Virus record (IMG/VR): IMGVR_UViG_642791616_000001
Span: 32,001 to 96,000 of that record
Origin: a virus
Taxonomy: Duplodnaviria > Caudoviricetes
Length of the DNA stretch: 64,000 bases
Reading direction: 5' to 3' (one strand)
In this document: positions 45,495 through 55,663 of the stretch, one piece after another
Position numbering within the stretch: position 1 is the first letter of the stretch
How the letters are laid out: every line of letters begins with the position of its first letter
Notes under the pieces: generated by a model
Told to the model about the DNA's origin: nothing
The model's input: only the letters and a program-made list of their open reading frames with translations
The model's database searches: none
Program-made: the position numbers and the translations under genes

Positions 45495-45830
45495 ATGAAA
45501 AAGACGAAATGGATGACGGCCATACTCGGCATATCAATCGCAGGAAACGCGGCACTAGGAATTTACGCGGTTAAACTAAACGACGACGTTGACGTAGCTT
45601 ATCGCGTTGCCGACGACATGGCGCTCGAAGCAGAAACGGCGCAAGAAACGGTTCAGCGAGAATATATTGTAGAAGGCGCAGACTACGCGGTATCGGCAGA
45701 CGATGGCGGCTTCGCTTTCAACCCCGACAAAGTTAACGCTAATCCCGGCGATCGGATTAGCGTAGAGTATACAAAAAAGCAGTACGAAGATGGCTCCGGC
45801 TATAAGAAAGTCGAAGTGATTGACGATTAA
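45495..45830 (+). CDS. Membrane-anchored/secreted hypothetical protein
   Basis: N-terminal hydrophobic segment; GAGGAGG RBS. Confidence 0.75.
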   Translation: MKKTKWMTAILGISIAGNAALGIYAVKLNDDVDVAYRVADDMALEAETAQETVQREYIVEGADYAVSADDGGFAFNPDKVNANPGDRISVEYTKKQYEDGSGYKKVEVIDD

Positions 45831-45851
45831 AATACGAAGGAGGACGACGAT

Positions 45852-45983
45852 ATGAAATTCCGCAGATTCTTGTACGGGTGGGCTAGGTTTTTGGGAGACG
45901 TAAACGCGGTGAAGAAAAACGACGTAGGCGGACGCATCATGCGCCGCGGCATCGGAAGGACTTTCGGTAAGTTGTTTAAATAG
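45852..45983 (+). CDS. 43-aa cationic peptide
   Basis: AGGAGG RBS: MKFRRFLYGWARFLGDVNAVKKNDVGGRIMRRGIGRTFGKLFK. Confidence 0.7.
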   Translation: MKFRRFLYGWARFLGDVNAVKKNDVGGRIMRRGIGRTFGKLFK

Positions 45984-46017
45984 GCGTCGAGATACGTTAT
46001 AATACGTAGGTTGTGAG

Positions 46018-46203
46018 GTGAAAGACGTGACTAGACCGCAGCCAGGCGATTATGACGTATCTGTCGTTTATGACATACGCGATATGCCCGACGTTAAGAG
46101 CGGACGGTGCGATAATTGCGATACGTCGAAGTTTAACAGTTCGATCAAAGGCGGAGTATTTCTCCGTAAATGTTCGAGATGTGGCATGACGAAACGAATA
46201 TAG
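46018..46203 (+). CDS. Small zinc-ribbon protein
   Basis: CDNC...CSRC. Confidence 0.7.
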   Translation: MKDVTRPQPGDYDVSVVYDIRDMPDVKSGRCDNCDTSKFNSSIKGGVFLRKCSRCGMTKRI

Positions 46204-46206
46204 CGC

Positions 46207-46239
46207 AAAAATAAAGACGCCCTCTAAGGCGTCCTTTTC
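46207..46239. terminator. Bidirectional terminator
   Basis: GACGCC-CTCTAA-GGCGTC flanked by A and T tracts. Confidence 0.8.
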
Positions 46240-46245
46240 GTTTAT

Positions 46246-47055
46246 TTAGCGTACCTTCTCAACGTTAAATAGCGCAATCAACGTTTTATCCGGCGCTTTA
46301 GATTGACGATAGAAAACGTTTGGATTAAACGTGTAGCGCTCCGGCTCACTGCCGACTTTAACGCGTGCTATAACGTACTCGCTTCCGAATTTCATCGCTT
46401 TAAGACGGCGGCCAAGCGTGTCTGGCACGACACCTATCGCGGCAGCTAGACCGGCTCGGCTGAACCAACGGATGGCTCTCGGATTAGATTCGTTAGGATT
46501 CTCGCATAGAGCGTTAGTATCGAAATGAATATACGGAAGCATACGATATATCAGACCGATGTCGGTCGCTTTGACTTCGCTGTAAACCCGTTTAATTTTG
46601 GCGCTATAGATTTTAACAACGTGCGGACTTCGGAAGTTACCTTTAAAATGATAACGTTCATTTACGGAATAACCCACGCCATCTTTTCGTATAATATCGT
46701 TTTCGATAGCCGCCGAAATGAAATCGTAGAAAGTCTGTCGCTTTTTCGTAAGCTGAAGAACGTCCATCATGTCCGAAGTATCCATCGGTGTCTTATCACG
46801 ACTAGACTTGATTAAAAGACCGCCGTAATCAACGTAGCATTGCAAAAGCATTAAATATCCGCATTGAGCCGTTGTGAGGACGTCATATACTTCGTTTATA
46901 TTCGGCATTTCCGCATTAGTAAATTCGCGTCTATCCTCCGTTTTATTTAATTGCTGACGGAAAGCAGCGTCTTGATTCCGGTGCCTTAACGAGTAGATAC
47001 CGGATAGGTCTTCGCCTGTGTTAACGTCAATGATGCGCGGTTTATTTTGATTCAT
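46246..47055 (-). CDS. RepL-like tandem winged-HTH protein
   Basis: IDVNTGE N-terminus; two wHTH repeats ending YSVNERYHFKG and YTFNPNVFYR. Confidence 0.6.
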   Translation of the reverse strand: MNQNKPRIIDVNTGEDLSGIYSLRHRNQDAAFRQQLNKTEDRREFTNAEMPNINEVYDVLTTAQCGYLMLLQCYVDYGGLLIKSSRDKTPMDTSDMMDVLQLTKKRQTFYDFISAAIENDIIRKDGVGYSVNERYHFKGNFRSPHVVKIYSAKIKRVYSEVKATDIGLIYRMLPYIHFDTNALCENPNESNPRAIRWFSRAGLAAAIGVVPDTLGRRLKAMKFGSEYVIARVKVGSEPERYTFNPNVFYRQSKAPDKTLIALFNVEKVR

Positions 47056-47096
47056 ATATACGCCCCTTTTCGTATTTATCGCAAAACAAAAGACGC

Positions 47097-47585
47097 CTAT
47101 TGAGCGTCTGATCTTACCGTTTTGATGCCGGTTGTTATATTTACGGTGAATTGTCCGCTAGACTTTCCATTGACGAAAGCGTTGTAGCGTTTGCGAGCCG
47201 TCTTATTACGTGCTTTTGCGTGCCGGTCCGTGAATAAGTTCTCGTAAGGAGACCGTGTGCTTCGTTTAGGTACGCCGCGATTAGTGCCTGTGATATCGTA
47301 CTCCTCGGCCATCTTGTCCGATGCTTCGCCCGTCTTGCGTGTCTTTTCCATGCGTTCGGACATGATCGGGTATTCTTCGGCCGACATTTTATTGCGGCGC
47401 GTGTCCGAAAGTTCTTCGTACAAGATTAAGTCGGACAACCGTTCCAGTACGTTTTCGGGCGGTGTTCCGTCATATGCCGAGAGTAAAGCGTCTATTTCTG
47501 TGATTCGTTCTTCGCGCTCTAAGGCGCCGGCTTTTGTGCGTTCGTATAGAGCCGTAATGGCTTCGTGCAAATCATCCTTCGTCAA
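47097..47585 (-). CDS. Hypothetical phage protein
   Basis: 162 aa, GGAGG RBS. Confidence 0.75.
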   Translation of the reverse strand: MTKDDLHEAITALYERTKAGALEREERITEIDALLSAYDGTPPENVLERLSDLILYEELSDTRRNKMSAEEYPIMSERMEKTRKTGEASDKMAEEYDITGTNRGVPKRSTRSPYENLFTDRHAKARNKTARKRYNAFVNGKSSGQFTVNITTGIKTVRSDAQ

Positions 47586-47725
47586 TTAGGCGCCCTCCTC
47601 CGTATATGCATTCAGTAGTATCGATAATACTCGCGGTGAAATTCTCGGGTGGTTCATGGTATCGTAGCACCAGCGTACATAATCGCGTAATTGCTCGATT
47701 TCTTTCTTCGTTAATTTGCCCGCCA

Positions 47726-48109
47726 TCATACCGCCCCTTTCGTCGCTCCGTACCCTTCGCCGTGTGACGCCCAGTAGTAATAAATGTCGACGATCTTATT
47801 TACCGCCATATTAATCGCAAAGTCTACAGCTTGTCGCGTAATGCCTAGCGCCGTGCCCGCCTGTGTTTGCGTTAAGTCATCGAAATAGACCAAGCGCAGG
47901 GCTTCGTATTGCTTTCCGGTCAAAGCCGCCAATTCAATAGCGCGGCTCAGGTCGATCAGAATATCACACGCAGCCATATCGCCCAAGAAACGCCGTTGTC
48001 TTAACGTTGTATACTCGGCTAGAAGTGCCTTGACGCCGTCGGGCCCGTCGAGCTTATACTGCGCTTCATACCGTAAGTGCTGGTCGGGCTTGTTCGTAGA
48101 TGCGCCCAT
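47726..48109 (-). CDS. Sigma-70 region 4-like HTH protein (probable late activator)
   Basis: LTGKQYEALRLVYFDDLTQTQAGTALGITRQAV. Confidence 0.8.
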   Translation of the reverse strand: MGASTNKPDQHLRYEAQYKLDGPDGVKALLAEYTTLRQRRFLGDMAACDILIDLSRAIELAALTGKQYEALRLVYFDDLTQTQAGTALGITRQAVDFAINMAVNKIVDIYYYWASHGEGYGATKGAV

Positions 48110-48858
48110 TACGACACCTCCCCATCAATTCCGCACAGTAAATGAAGGAATTTAGTTTCAGCGCTAACTGCGCCGAACTCCGTTGGGTTTATTACATGGG
48201 CGGGGATCTCTGTCGATTCGATGAGATCGTCATAGGGGATTAAGTCATCATCCCAAGTCACGTCTAACTCTTCCGCAGTGAAGTCGGTATATGGAAGTAC
48301 GTTCAGTGCTGAGAAATGCATAAAGTCGTCATGGTCGTTTTGAATAAAAAACGCACCTTTACTTTTCCTAGTCAGGACGTCGCAATGCACGACAACGGCA
48401 TTCATTCCTCGGAATAATAGATTAAACAACAGGAAAGGTATTGCGCGATCGCTCATCTCTTCGCAGTGATAGAAATACCACGAAGGCTTGTAATCAAACG
48501 GTGAGTGATTAATGCGATCAGATTGCCATTTTGCGATTGTAAGTCCGCCTGTACCCGCACACCCATCGTAGCTAGTAGTCGACTCAAGTCCGCCGTCAGT
48601 AACTCTCGCTAACAGGTCCGCCACACTACGCGGAGTAAAATCTTGTTTCTTGGTTTTTCTGTCCGCATGCTCATCCTGAAAGTATTCGTGAAACACATCC
48701 TTCTCAGTGAAATTAAGTTCCGGGTCCGCTACGAATTGTCGGAACACCTCCTCACGACGCTCTCGATCAAACAAAATCTCCATAAGCCTTGACGGAGCTT
48801 TATACGAGTCATCTATACCAAATATACGATTAATTTTCTCCGTTACTGATTCGCCCAA
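48109..48858 (-). CDS. N6-methyltransferase-like protein (HsdM-type SAM-binding part)
   Basis: QDFTPRSVA, YDGCAGTGGL; no NPP(Y/F) motif seen. Confidence 0.8.
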   Translation of the reverse strand: MGESVTEKINRIFGIDDSYKAPSRLMEILFDRERREEVFRQFVADPELNFTEKDVFHEYFQDEHADRKTKKQDFTPRSVADLLARVTDGGLESTTSYDGCAGTGGLTIAKWQSDRINHSPFDYKPSWYFYHCEEMSDRAIPFLLFNLLFRGMNAVVVHCDVLTRKSKGAFFIQNDHDDFMHFSALNVLPYTDFTAEELDVTWDDDLIPYDDLIESTEIPAHVINPTEFGAVSAETKFLHLLCGIDGEVS

Positions 48859-48935
48859 TCATACCGCCTCCTTCGTTTGCTTTCCGTCCGTGAATCGACT
48901 ATAATCGTCTTATATAATAAGAGAGGTGTATCCGT

Positions 48936-49310
48936 ATGGCATTAGAGTGGATTTCCGCGGTCAGTAATACCGCGTACATAACGTTGGATAGTCAGAAAAG
49001 AATATATGTTAACGCTGCGGCTAGGGCTTTACTTGGTATACCGCCAAACACGCCGTTTCAACTTACGATCGGCTACGACAAAGATGAATCGTGCCTAGTC
49101 GTTGCAAAGCCGGAAATGGTTAAAGCGGACGTCCAGCCGTTCAATTTCAATAAAGATGCGTATAGTAAGCGTGCTCGACACGTTTTAGAAGGTGCTGGCC
49201 TCGAAGAACGTGAATTACCGTTGCGCCTCTTTTTGATTGGCGATGGCGAGACGTCTAAGCAGCCGCATCTAGCCTACCCGAAAGGTACCTACGCGTTCTC
49301 TTTGAGCTGA
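48936..49310 (+). CDS. Hypothetical protein, possibly AbrB/MraZ-like fold
   Basis: TLDSQKRIYVNAAARALLGI; opposite strand with own TATAAT and GAGG RBS. Confidence 0.7.
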   Translation: MALEWISAVSNTAYITLDSQKRIYVNAAARALLGIPPNTPFQLTIGYDKDESCLVVAKPEMVKADVQPFNFNKDAYSKRARHVLEGAGLEERELPLRLFLIGDGETSKQPHLAYPKGTYAFSLS

Positions 49311-49849
49311 TCGGCCATAATTTCGTCCAATCGCGCATATAAATCGTCAAGCATGCCGTCATTTACGATCTCATAATCGACTTCGAACCGGTCGAGCGCG
49401 GTTTCTGTCGGGTGGTCTAAGTCAGCCGACTTAAATTTGTCGCCGCGCCGTTTGGCACGCTCGATACGTAGTTCATCCGGTGCAGTAATACGGAGTACCT
49501 TAAAACCTCCCGCCTTGGCTCGTTTATACTCCGCAGGCTTCCGAATGTCCGTGATCAATATGCGGCTATCTCGGCAGCATCGCAGTTTCTCGTGGTCTTT
49601 GATACGGCGGAACAGATAATCGACCCATACGTCTTTTGCGCCAGGTACGTCTAATTCGGTGATTCCGTTAATGAAATCACGCATAGGCTGGCGCTGTTTG
49701 GCGTCGCCGCGTAGTTCCGGAAATAACTCGTAAAATAGCGCCTTACCTTTTGCGGAAAATGTGAACGGAAAGAATTCGTACATGGCTACGAGATAATCGA
49801 CGGCTACGTCTTTACCGGCGCCTAGCTTACCCGTGATTGCGAGTTTCAT
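49289..49849 (-). CDS. Deoxynucleoside monophosphate kinase
   Basis: GKLGAGKD P-loop, ITDIR, HPTE. Confidence 0.85.
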   Translation of the reverse strand: MKLAITGKLGAGKDVAVDYLVAMYEFFPFTFSAKGKALFYELFPELRGDAKQRQPMRDFINGITELDVPGAKDVWVDYLFRRIKDHEKLRCCRDSRILITDIRKPAEYKRAKAGGFKVLRITAPDELRIERAKRRGDKFKSADLDHPTETALDRFEVDYEIVNDGMLDDLYARLDEIMADQLKENA

Positions 49850-50706
49850 AGGCCGGCCCTCGATAGACTTACGATTATCTGCGCGAACTCATCCGCAGTA
49901 AACGACAAGGCTCTCGGATCATCAGCCGTTACCTTTGCGAGCTGTTCGCCGAGACGGACTTTATCTTCGTGGAGGGCGTTGATTTCCGCTTGCATACGTC
50001 CGATCTCCGATTCGTAATTAGATACAACCGATTTCAGTTCGCATAGTCCGTTGCGAATCTCCGGAATATACCCCGGCCCCATTTCGTTCCATCCGAGAGC
50101 TTTTTCGAATTGTTCGTTTTTCCGCTTTAATTCCGCCACCTCTGCGCCTAGATTGGCAAGTACGGTGATGACGTCGGATTCTTGCGCCTCGGCAGCGTCT
50201 TGAACCGGAGTGAGGACGAGAAGCCGGTCGCTTTCTCCGTCGAAATAATCCTCTCCGCCGCGTTCGTCTTCCAAATAACAAGAACCATTGTCATATCTGA
50301 CGTCAATATCTTTCACCACGCTGATATGACCGATCGGCATGTCGTAACTTTTAGTTACGATAATTTTTTCGCCTGCTTCCGCCTTACGATCTTCTAAACG
50401 GTAGCGCTCACCGTCAATGTGGATGATGTCGGTCGGCTCGAGTACGTGGTATTCCGTATGAAATATAGTGCCCTTATGGCTGAAGTCAGAAATGGCCTCA
50501 GCACTTCGTACGCAATCATCCGATTCCGAAAGAGCATCTACTGTAAAAATATCGCCTTCATTATACGGATCTTGACTACCGCTCTTCTCTACAATTACGA
50601 TCTTCTCGCCAACCTCCGCGTTCCTATCCACCGCAACATATTCACGCTCAACACCGAGCTTTTCGTCCTTTAATACGTGTATGGTACGCTTTTCTTCCGT
50701 CATCAT
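49846..50706 (-). CDS. Hypothetical phage protein with duplicated beta domain and coiled coil
   Basis: DRNAEVGEKIV / DRKAEAGEKII repeat. Confidence 0.75.
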   Translation of the reverse strand: MMTEEKRTIHVLKDEKLGVEREYVAVDRNAEVGEKIVIVEKSGSQDPYNEGDIFTVDALSESDDCVRSAEAISDFSHKGTIFHTEYHVLEPTDIIHIDGERYRLEDRKAEAGEKIIVTKSYDMPIGHISVVKDIDVRYDNGSCYLEDERGGEDYFDGESDRLLVLTPVQDAAEAQESDVITVLANLGAEVAELKRKNEQFEKALGWNEMGPGYIPEIRNGLCELKSVVSNYESEIGRMQAEINALHEDKVRLGEQLAKVTADDPRALSFTADEFAQIIVSLSRAGL

Positions 50707-50868
50707 TCCGCCTCCTCGTATTGCGCTACATTTAGGTAACTTTCGATATCTTCGCATTCTATCCGTATACCGTTATCGAAAACTATTAAATGATCGCTTG
50801 CTTCAACAACTTTCGCGCCAACGATCGCAGTTAATCCGTCATAAACCACCTGAGCAACCTCCGCTATT

Positions 50869-51381
50869 TTATTTCGTTATGATTTCCGCCTCTAGCCGCT
50901 GTCGTCCGAATGCTTTCGCCTCGCCCACGCCCGCAACGTATAGATCGATATGACCTTCCGTAATTGCGCCGCCGCGATCTTCACATACCCTGACGCCGAT
51001 GCCTTCGATATTCAGCCGCGTCCCGAACGCCAATGAAGGCGGACAGGCGATCGTATGACCCGTTTTGGTACGCGCGCCGCTTGCTGTTACTCCGTAGTCG
51101 GAATGGCCGGCTGACTTGCCCGTAGACTCGGCGCCGTTTGTATACGCAGTCACTTCGTATGTTTGCGCTAGTTTTGGCGGCGCCTTCTTGCGATTGACTA
51201 CGTTTGGCGACGGTTTCTTAGCCGCCGCCTTCTTCAGCGCCTTTAATTCGCCCTCTAACGTCTTGATGCGCTGATTGGCTCGTTGTAAGGCCGCTTGATC
51301 ATCCGTTAATATAGGCGCAGGCTTTTCCGTCGCTGGTTGCTGCGTACAAAGTAACCCGCACGCAAGCGTCATGGTCGACAT
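50869..51381 (-). CDS. 3D-domain cell-wall protein
   Basis: VTAYT, GVTASG, EDRGGAITEGHIDLY. Confidence 0.9.
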   Translation of the reverse strand: MSTMTLACGLLCTQQPATEKPAPILTDDQAALQRANQRIKTLEGELKALKKAAAKKPSPNVVNRKKAPPKLAQTYEVTAYTNGAESTGKSAGHSDYGVTASGARTKTGHTIACPPSLAFGTRLNIEGIGVRVCEDRGGAITEGHIDLYVAGVGEAKAFGRQRLEAEIITK

Positions 51382-52169
51382 TATACCGATGCAGACACCC
51401 CCTCGAAGAATTGCGCAGTCCACGGTTCGACTTCGACTACTTCTCGGCGAAGCGCTTCGGCTAGGTCGGCGATTTCCGCCTGTGCGCCGTTGCCCTTCCG
51501 TCTCTTAGCGTAGAAGTCTAGTAAAGCGCGTAGGTTAACGGTCAATACGAGATTAGTAGCGGCGGCTTGCGGTAGGACGGCGCGTGCATCTTCTGCCGGT
51601 ACGCCTGCTTTACGCAAAAGATCGTAGCTCTCCTGAGCGTATTTCATTGCGTCATCAAAAACATCTTCCGCAGTTAAGTCGTAATCAGCACACTCTACTG
51701 CGGTCTTATCGCCCATAACCTTTTCCGGAACGACGTAATCGAAACCACCTGACCTATCACCGCTACCCATCCGCACATAACGTTGTGATTGGACGCTGAA
51801 GCTAAAGCCGACGCGGTGTCGTGTTAATTGCGCTAATAGGGCGCGGCTTACGCCTTCGATCGCAAAGGTGAACGTAATTCCTTCTAAAGTAGACGTATGT
51901 TTCGACGCAACAATCTGCCGAATAAGTCTATCCGCGTCAGAACCGGAAGTTCCATCCGATGCAGCCGACCCAAAATATTTAGCGCCTTCTTTAATCGCGA
52001 TTTCAGACGGTTTGTTTGCGCTATAGCAAGTACGGATGGCTGTTAAAGCGAGGATCTTTCCGTCCGTCATATCCGTTAGTTGGTCGGAGGCCTTTTGTAA
52101 TTTCGCTTTAAATTTATCGCTTAATTGCGTATGAAACATTAATTCAACTGACATTTTTGTTTCTGCCAA
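51381..52169 (-). CDS. thyX: FAD-dependent thymidylate synthase
   Basis: [34 protein letters not shown]. Confidence 0.96.
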   Translation of the reverse strand: MAETKMSVELMFHTQLSDKFKAKLQKASDQLTDMTDGKILALTAIRTCYSANKPSEIAIKEGAKYFGSAASDGTSGSDADRLIRQIVASKHTSTLEGITFTFAIEGVSRALLAQLTRHRVGFSFSVQSQRYVRMGSGDRSGGFDYVVPEKVMGDKTAVECADYDLTAEDVFDDAMKYAQESYDLLRKAGVPAEDARAVLPQAAATNLVLTVNLRALLDFYAKRRKGNGAQAEIADLAEALRREVVEVEPWTAQFFEGVSASV

Positions 52170-52644
52170 GACCCATCCTCCTCGTATCCCTATTTTTAAG
52201 TTGTTCCGCCATAGTTGCCCATTTGCAATTTTCTGGACAGTAGTTGCCGTCGTTATCGATCCGTTCAATTGTTAGGTTATCTTGATAACCGTTTACACTA
52301 GCCCATTTATAAAAAGTTTCGAAACCAGTTAGCCAGTCACTACAAATACTAATCCCCCTACCTCCGTATCTATGAAATCTTGGGTTGTTACTATTTAAGC
52401 ACCTATCTTTCATATCCCCGTAAATCTGATAAATTCTAGTACTATGCATACCGTGTTTCGTGCTCGCAAGCCTCTTTAATTCACTACTCACACACCCGCA
52501 ACTTTTAGTTCTTCCATTCTTAATATTTTGCGCAAGAATCCATTTTTCAGTTCCGCAGATGCATTTGGTTAAATAATACCTTCGACTAGAACTCGGTCGT
52601 TTGACTATCTTATTGCCTATGACCGTCAGATAGTTGTAAATCAT
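52144..52644 (-). CDS. Free-standing HNH-type homing endonuclease
   Basis: [37 protein letters not shown]; AT-rich; overlaps thyX start. Confidence 0.85.
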   Translation of the reverse strand: MIYNYLTVIGNKIVKRPSSSRRYYLTKCICGTEKWILAQNIKNGRTKSCGCVSSELKRLASTKHGMHSTRIYQIYGDMKDRCLNSNNPRFHRYGGRGISICSDWLTGFETFYKWASVNGYQDNLTIERIDNDGNYCPENCKWATMAEQLKNRDTRRMGLGRNKNVS

Positions 52645-53180
52645 TAACTAACCCCGCTGCTCCCGAAGCCTCCCGAGCCTCGCTCCGTATCTTCCAGCGC
52701 ATCCACAACCGTAAAGGTCGCTTGCTCTACCGGTTTGATGACTGCTTGAGCTATGCGATCTCCTTTGCGGATACTGTACGTTCCTGAATAGACTGTACTC
52801 GGAAGATGAATACGTTCCCCATCGGCGGTGTCGATGTGCCAAGCACGCTTGTGAAATACGCTATGAGGTCCGGCCTCCAAATGCTTAGCGCCGAGTATTG
52901 TCGCATTATCCACGATCACGCCGACCTCGCCCGCATATCCGCTATCTACCGTCCCTAGCTGAACGCGAAGGTGCGTCTTTAACGTAATGCCCGAACGCGG
53001 TCGAATTTGCATTTCGTAGCCCGGCGGAATCTCGAACGCCAAGCCCGTCGGCACTAACACCGTCTCGCCCGGCTCGACAATGACGTCAGCCGCCGCATAT
53101 AGATCGAAGCAGGCGTCCGTCGAGTGTGCGTATGTTGGCGTAGTTGCGTCGGCTGATAGCCGTTTAATATTTACGTTCAT
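52644..53180 (-). CDS. dut: Trimeric dUTPase
   Basis: [35 protein letters not shown]. Confidence 0.96.
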   Translation of the reverse strand: MNVNIKRLSADATTPTYAHSTDACFDLYAAADVIVEPGETVLVPTGLAFEIPPGYEMQIRPRSGITLKTHLRVQLGTVDSGYAGEVGVIVDNATILGAKHLEAGPHSVFHKRAWHIDTADGERIHLPSTVYSGTYSIRKGDRIAQAVIKPVEQATFTVVDALEDTERGSGGFGSSGVS

Positions 53181-53332
53181 TGCGATTCCTCCTTCAGTGC
53201 GGCGAAAACGACCGCCAACATAGCTGCTTCAATAGTTAGAAACACCGTAAATGACTCGATTATTGACGGCTTAAAACAATCTAACCACGTTATAAATCCG
53301 ACTAGTGCTACGACTGCGCACACGTACCTCAT
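53177..53332 (-). CDS. Small membrane protein (paralog of 53485-53631)
   Basis: MRYVCAVVALVGFITWLDCFKPS... Confidence 0.6.
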   Translation of the reverse strand: MRYVCAVVALVGFITWLDCFKPSIIESFTVFLTIEAAMLAVVFAALKEESQ

Positions 53333-53484
53333 CTACTCGTCCTCCAATAATTCGAAATCGACCGATTCCGAGTAATAGCCGTTAACTGATTCGAACCAAC
53401 GGATAGTAACGTCGCCTTGGATGGTCGCAAACTTGTAAAAAGTCGACGTGTACGAACAGCAGTGATATTCTTCCGAACGTTCAT
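53333..53484 (-). pseudogene. Deletion/frameshift remnant of a phage gene
   Basis: ATG with RBS is out of frame with the C-terminal TFYKFATIQGDVTIRWFESVNGYYSES segment. Confidence 0.5.
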
Positions 53485-53631
53485 CTACTCGCCCTCCTTT
53501 TTAACCGCGCCCGTAAGTAAGGCCGCCGCAATAGTAACGAAGTAAATTACGGTCTCTACGTTGGATGGCCTAGAACATTCCAACCACGTCGCGGTACCGA
53601 TTATCACTATTCCCGCTAGAATATAACGCAT
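53485..53631 (-). CDS. Small membrane protein
   Basis: MRYILAGIVIIGTATWLECSRPS... Confidence 0.6.
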   Translation of the reverse strand: MRYILAGIVIIGTATWLECSRPSNVETVIYFVTIAAALLTGAVKKEGE

Positions 53632-53802
53632 TTATTCGCCCTCCTTCGCCTTCTTACCGTCCTCAAACGGTAGCGTAACAACGTATAACAAGAACGGCGC
53701 TCCCGCCGCCACGAACCACCAAAAGCCCGCTGCATGTGCGTACCAAAATGCCGGCACGATGGACGCCGCAATTAAAGCGCCTCGATTAATCGTCTGTCGC
53801 AT
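53632..53802 (-). CDS. Small membrane protein
   Basis: MRQTINRGALIAASIVPAFW...; AAGGAG RBS. Confidence 0.6.
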   Translation of the reverse strand: MRQTINRGALIAASIVPAFWYAHAAGFWWFVAAGAPFLLYVVTLPFEDGKKAKEGE

Positions 53803-53898
53803 ACGATCAGCTCCTTATTTTCGCTTTCACTTATACAGTCGCATGTGGGCGGTGGAAATCGGGACATTAATCGGCAGGAAAATGAAAATATCCGGTTA

Positions 53899-54651
53899 TC
53901 AGGCGCTTTTACTCCGTCCCCAATTTGATTCGCGGATGAGTTCGAAAGTCCAACCGTTGTAATCGGCTCGTTCACCGCGAAGACATTTCTTAATGGTGGG
54001 TCGGTGCAGGCCGTGTTTGGCTGCGAAGGGTCGTAGGCCGGAAACCGTAAATGATTCACCGGAAGGCGATGTCGCTTTGAATAGCAATCTCGCTTTCGTT
54101 AGGTCTCTATTTCGATTATTTACAGCCTGGGAAACGAAAGTGCACGTATTTAATGAATAGACCATTTCAGATTTAGGAATACCTTTCTGCTTTAAGTCCT
54201 TATCTAAAAATATCTTTCTATCAGCAAATAAATCAGGCTCAAATCCGTCTATGAACGTGAAATCTTTGACGAAATTGGCAAAACAATGCCACTTCTCGCA
54301 GACAGTAACGCCTTTAGCACCGTAATCTTGAAATTGGGGAGAGTTTTCATCGTAACAGCGTTCCAACATTCCATTCCAAACGTTATACTCTCTTTTGTGA
54401 TCCACCATTCTTGCGTCTCCGAGATACCCCACGCCGAAAACAGTCCTTTCAGTTCGATCTCTAACAGTACCTCTAGTAATTTGAACCTTCTCGACAGCAT
54501 ATTGATAGCCTGATTTAGTGAATCTGACTACATATTTACAGGCCCTCCCTTTCTGTCCGCTAATTTTATCTATTACAGTAAATTCGTGTCCGGAATTATT
54601 AGAATACGTTGCGCCAATTATGGAACTAGGCGTCAAAGTGAAAATCCTCAT
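53899..54651 (-). CDS. Free-standing HNH-like homing endonuclease with NUMOD-type C-terminus
   Basis: [40 protein letters not shown]; starts inside nrdF 3' end. Confidence 0.82.
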   Translation of the reverse strand: MRIFTLTPSSIIGATYSNNSGHEFTVIDKISGQKGRACKYVVRFTKSGYQYAVEKVQITRGTVRDRTERTVFGVGYLGDARMVDHKREYNVWNGMLERCYDENSPQFQDYGAKGVTVCEKWHCFANFVKDFTFIDGFEPDLFADRKIFLDKDLKQKGIPKSEMVYSLNTCTFVSQAVNNRNRDLTKARLLFKATSPSGESFTVSGLRPFAAKHGLHRPTIKKCLRGERADYNGWTFELIRESNWGRSKSA

Positions 54652-55615
54652 CTCTAAGCGCCTCGACCGTCGCCTTTTTGTAGCCGTTCCCTTGCATGCT
54701 AAAGAAGTCATGTGCCTTCGTCTTCGTACTCAGTCCGTTAATCACGATCGGGTTGACCAGCTCATCCGGAAAGTGCGCATCGAATCCGAGGTTCATGAGC
54801 GCCTTATTCGCGTTGTACCTAACGAAAGCCTTAACGTCATGCGCCAAGCCGACCGCACCGTACACATCGTCCGTATATGCGACTTCATTCTCGTACAGCT
54901 CCGTTAATAACCCGAGCGACCATTCGTGTAAATCCGCCCTCACGTCGTCCGTCTGACGGTTGTATATTTCCTGCGCAAGCAAACCGACGTAGACGCCATG
55001 GATCGCTTCGTCACGGATAATAAGGTTAATAATCTCGCCGCTCTGCATCATGCGCCCTTGACCGTAGAAATACAACGGGTAATAAAAGCCGCTGTAGAAT
55101 AGGAAACTTTCGAGATATACCGAAGCGACCATCGCTTTATACAACGAAATGTCGTCGCCTGCCTTGATATCGCGATAAAGGTCGGTGATCAGCTTCGCTT
55201 TGCGTTGCAAGTACCGGTTCTCTTTAACCCATTCGAAGACGGCCGTAATAGTTTCCGAAGGCGCAAGCGTTAGAAAGATATTCGAGTAAGACTTCGCATG
55301 TACTGCGTTCTCCATCATCGCCATGAAGTTGAGGACGGCCTTGCGTTGGTGACCGTCTACGTGCGCCATGATGGCGGGCATGCCGGTGTTTCCTTGCTCC
55401 GTATCTAATAACGTCAGGCCGGCGAGCACTTTCATATACGTGTCGCGTTCGGCAGGCGTCAGGTCTTTCCACGCGAGTAGGTCGCCGTTAAGCGAAATCT
55501 CCTCCGGTAGCCAAAACTGCTTGACGTTCTGATCGTAGAACATGGCCGTAAAATTATCGTCTGATTGCGACCAGTTGGCCGCTGTGTATATTTCATTTTC
55601 GATAGGTTCCGTCAT
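54626..55615 (-). CDS. nrdF: Class Ib ribonucleotide reductase beta subunit
   Basis: [37 protein letters not shown]. Confidence 0.97.
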   Translation of the reverse strand: MTEPIENEIYTAANWSQSDDNFTAMFYDQNVKQFWLPEEISLNGDLLAWKDLTPAERDTYMKVLAGLTLLDTEQGNTGMPAIMAHVDGHQRKAVLNFMAMMENAVHAKSYSNIFLTLAPSETITAVFEWVKENRYLQRKAKLITDLYRDIKAGDDISLYKAMVASVYLESFLFYSGFYYPLYFYGQGRMMQSGEIINLIIRDEAIHGVYVGLLAQEIYNRQTDDVRADLHEWSLGLLTELYENEVAYTDDVYGAVGLAHDVKAFVRYNANKALMNLGFDAHFPDELVNPIVINGLSTKTKAHDFFSMQGNGYKKATVEALRDEDFHFDA

Positions 55616-55663
55616 TATTAATCCTCCTAACGATAGTTTTTTAAAAAGTTTGATTCAGACACT

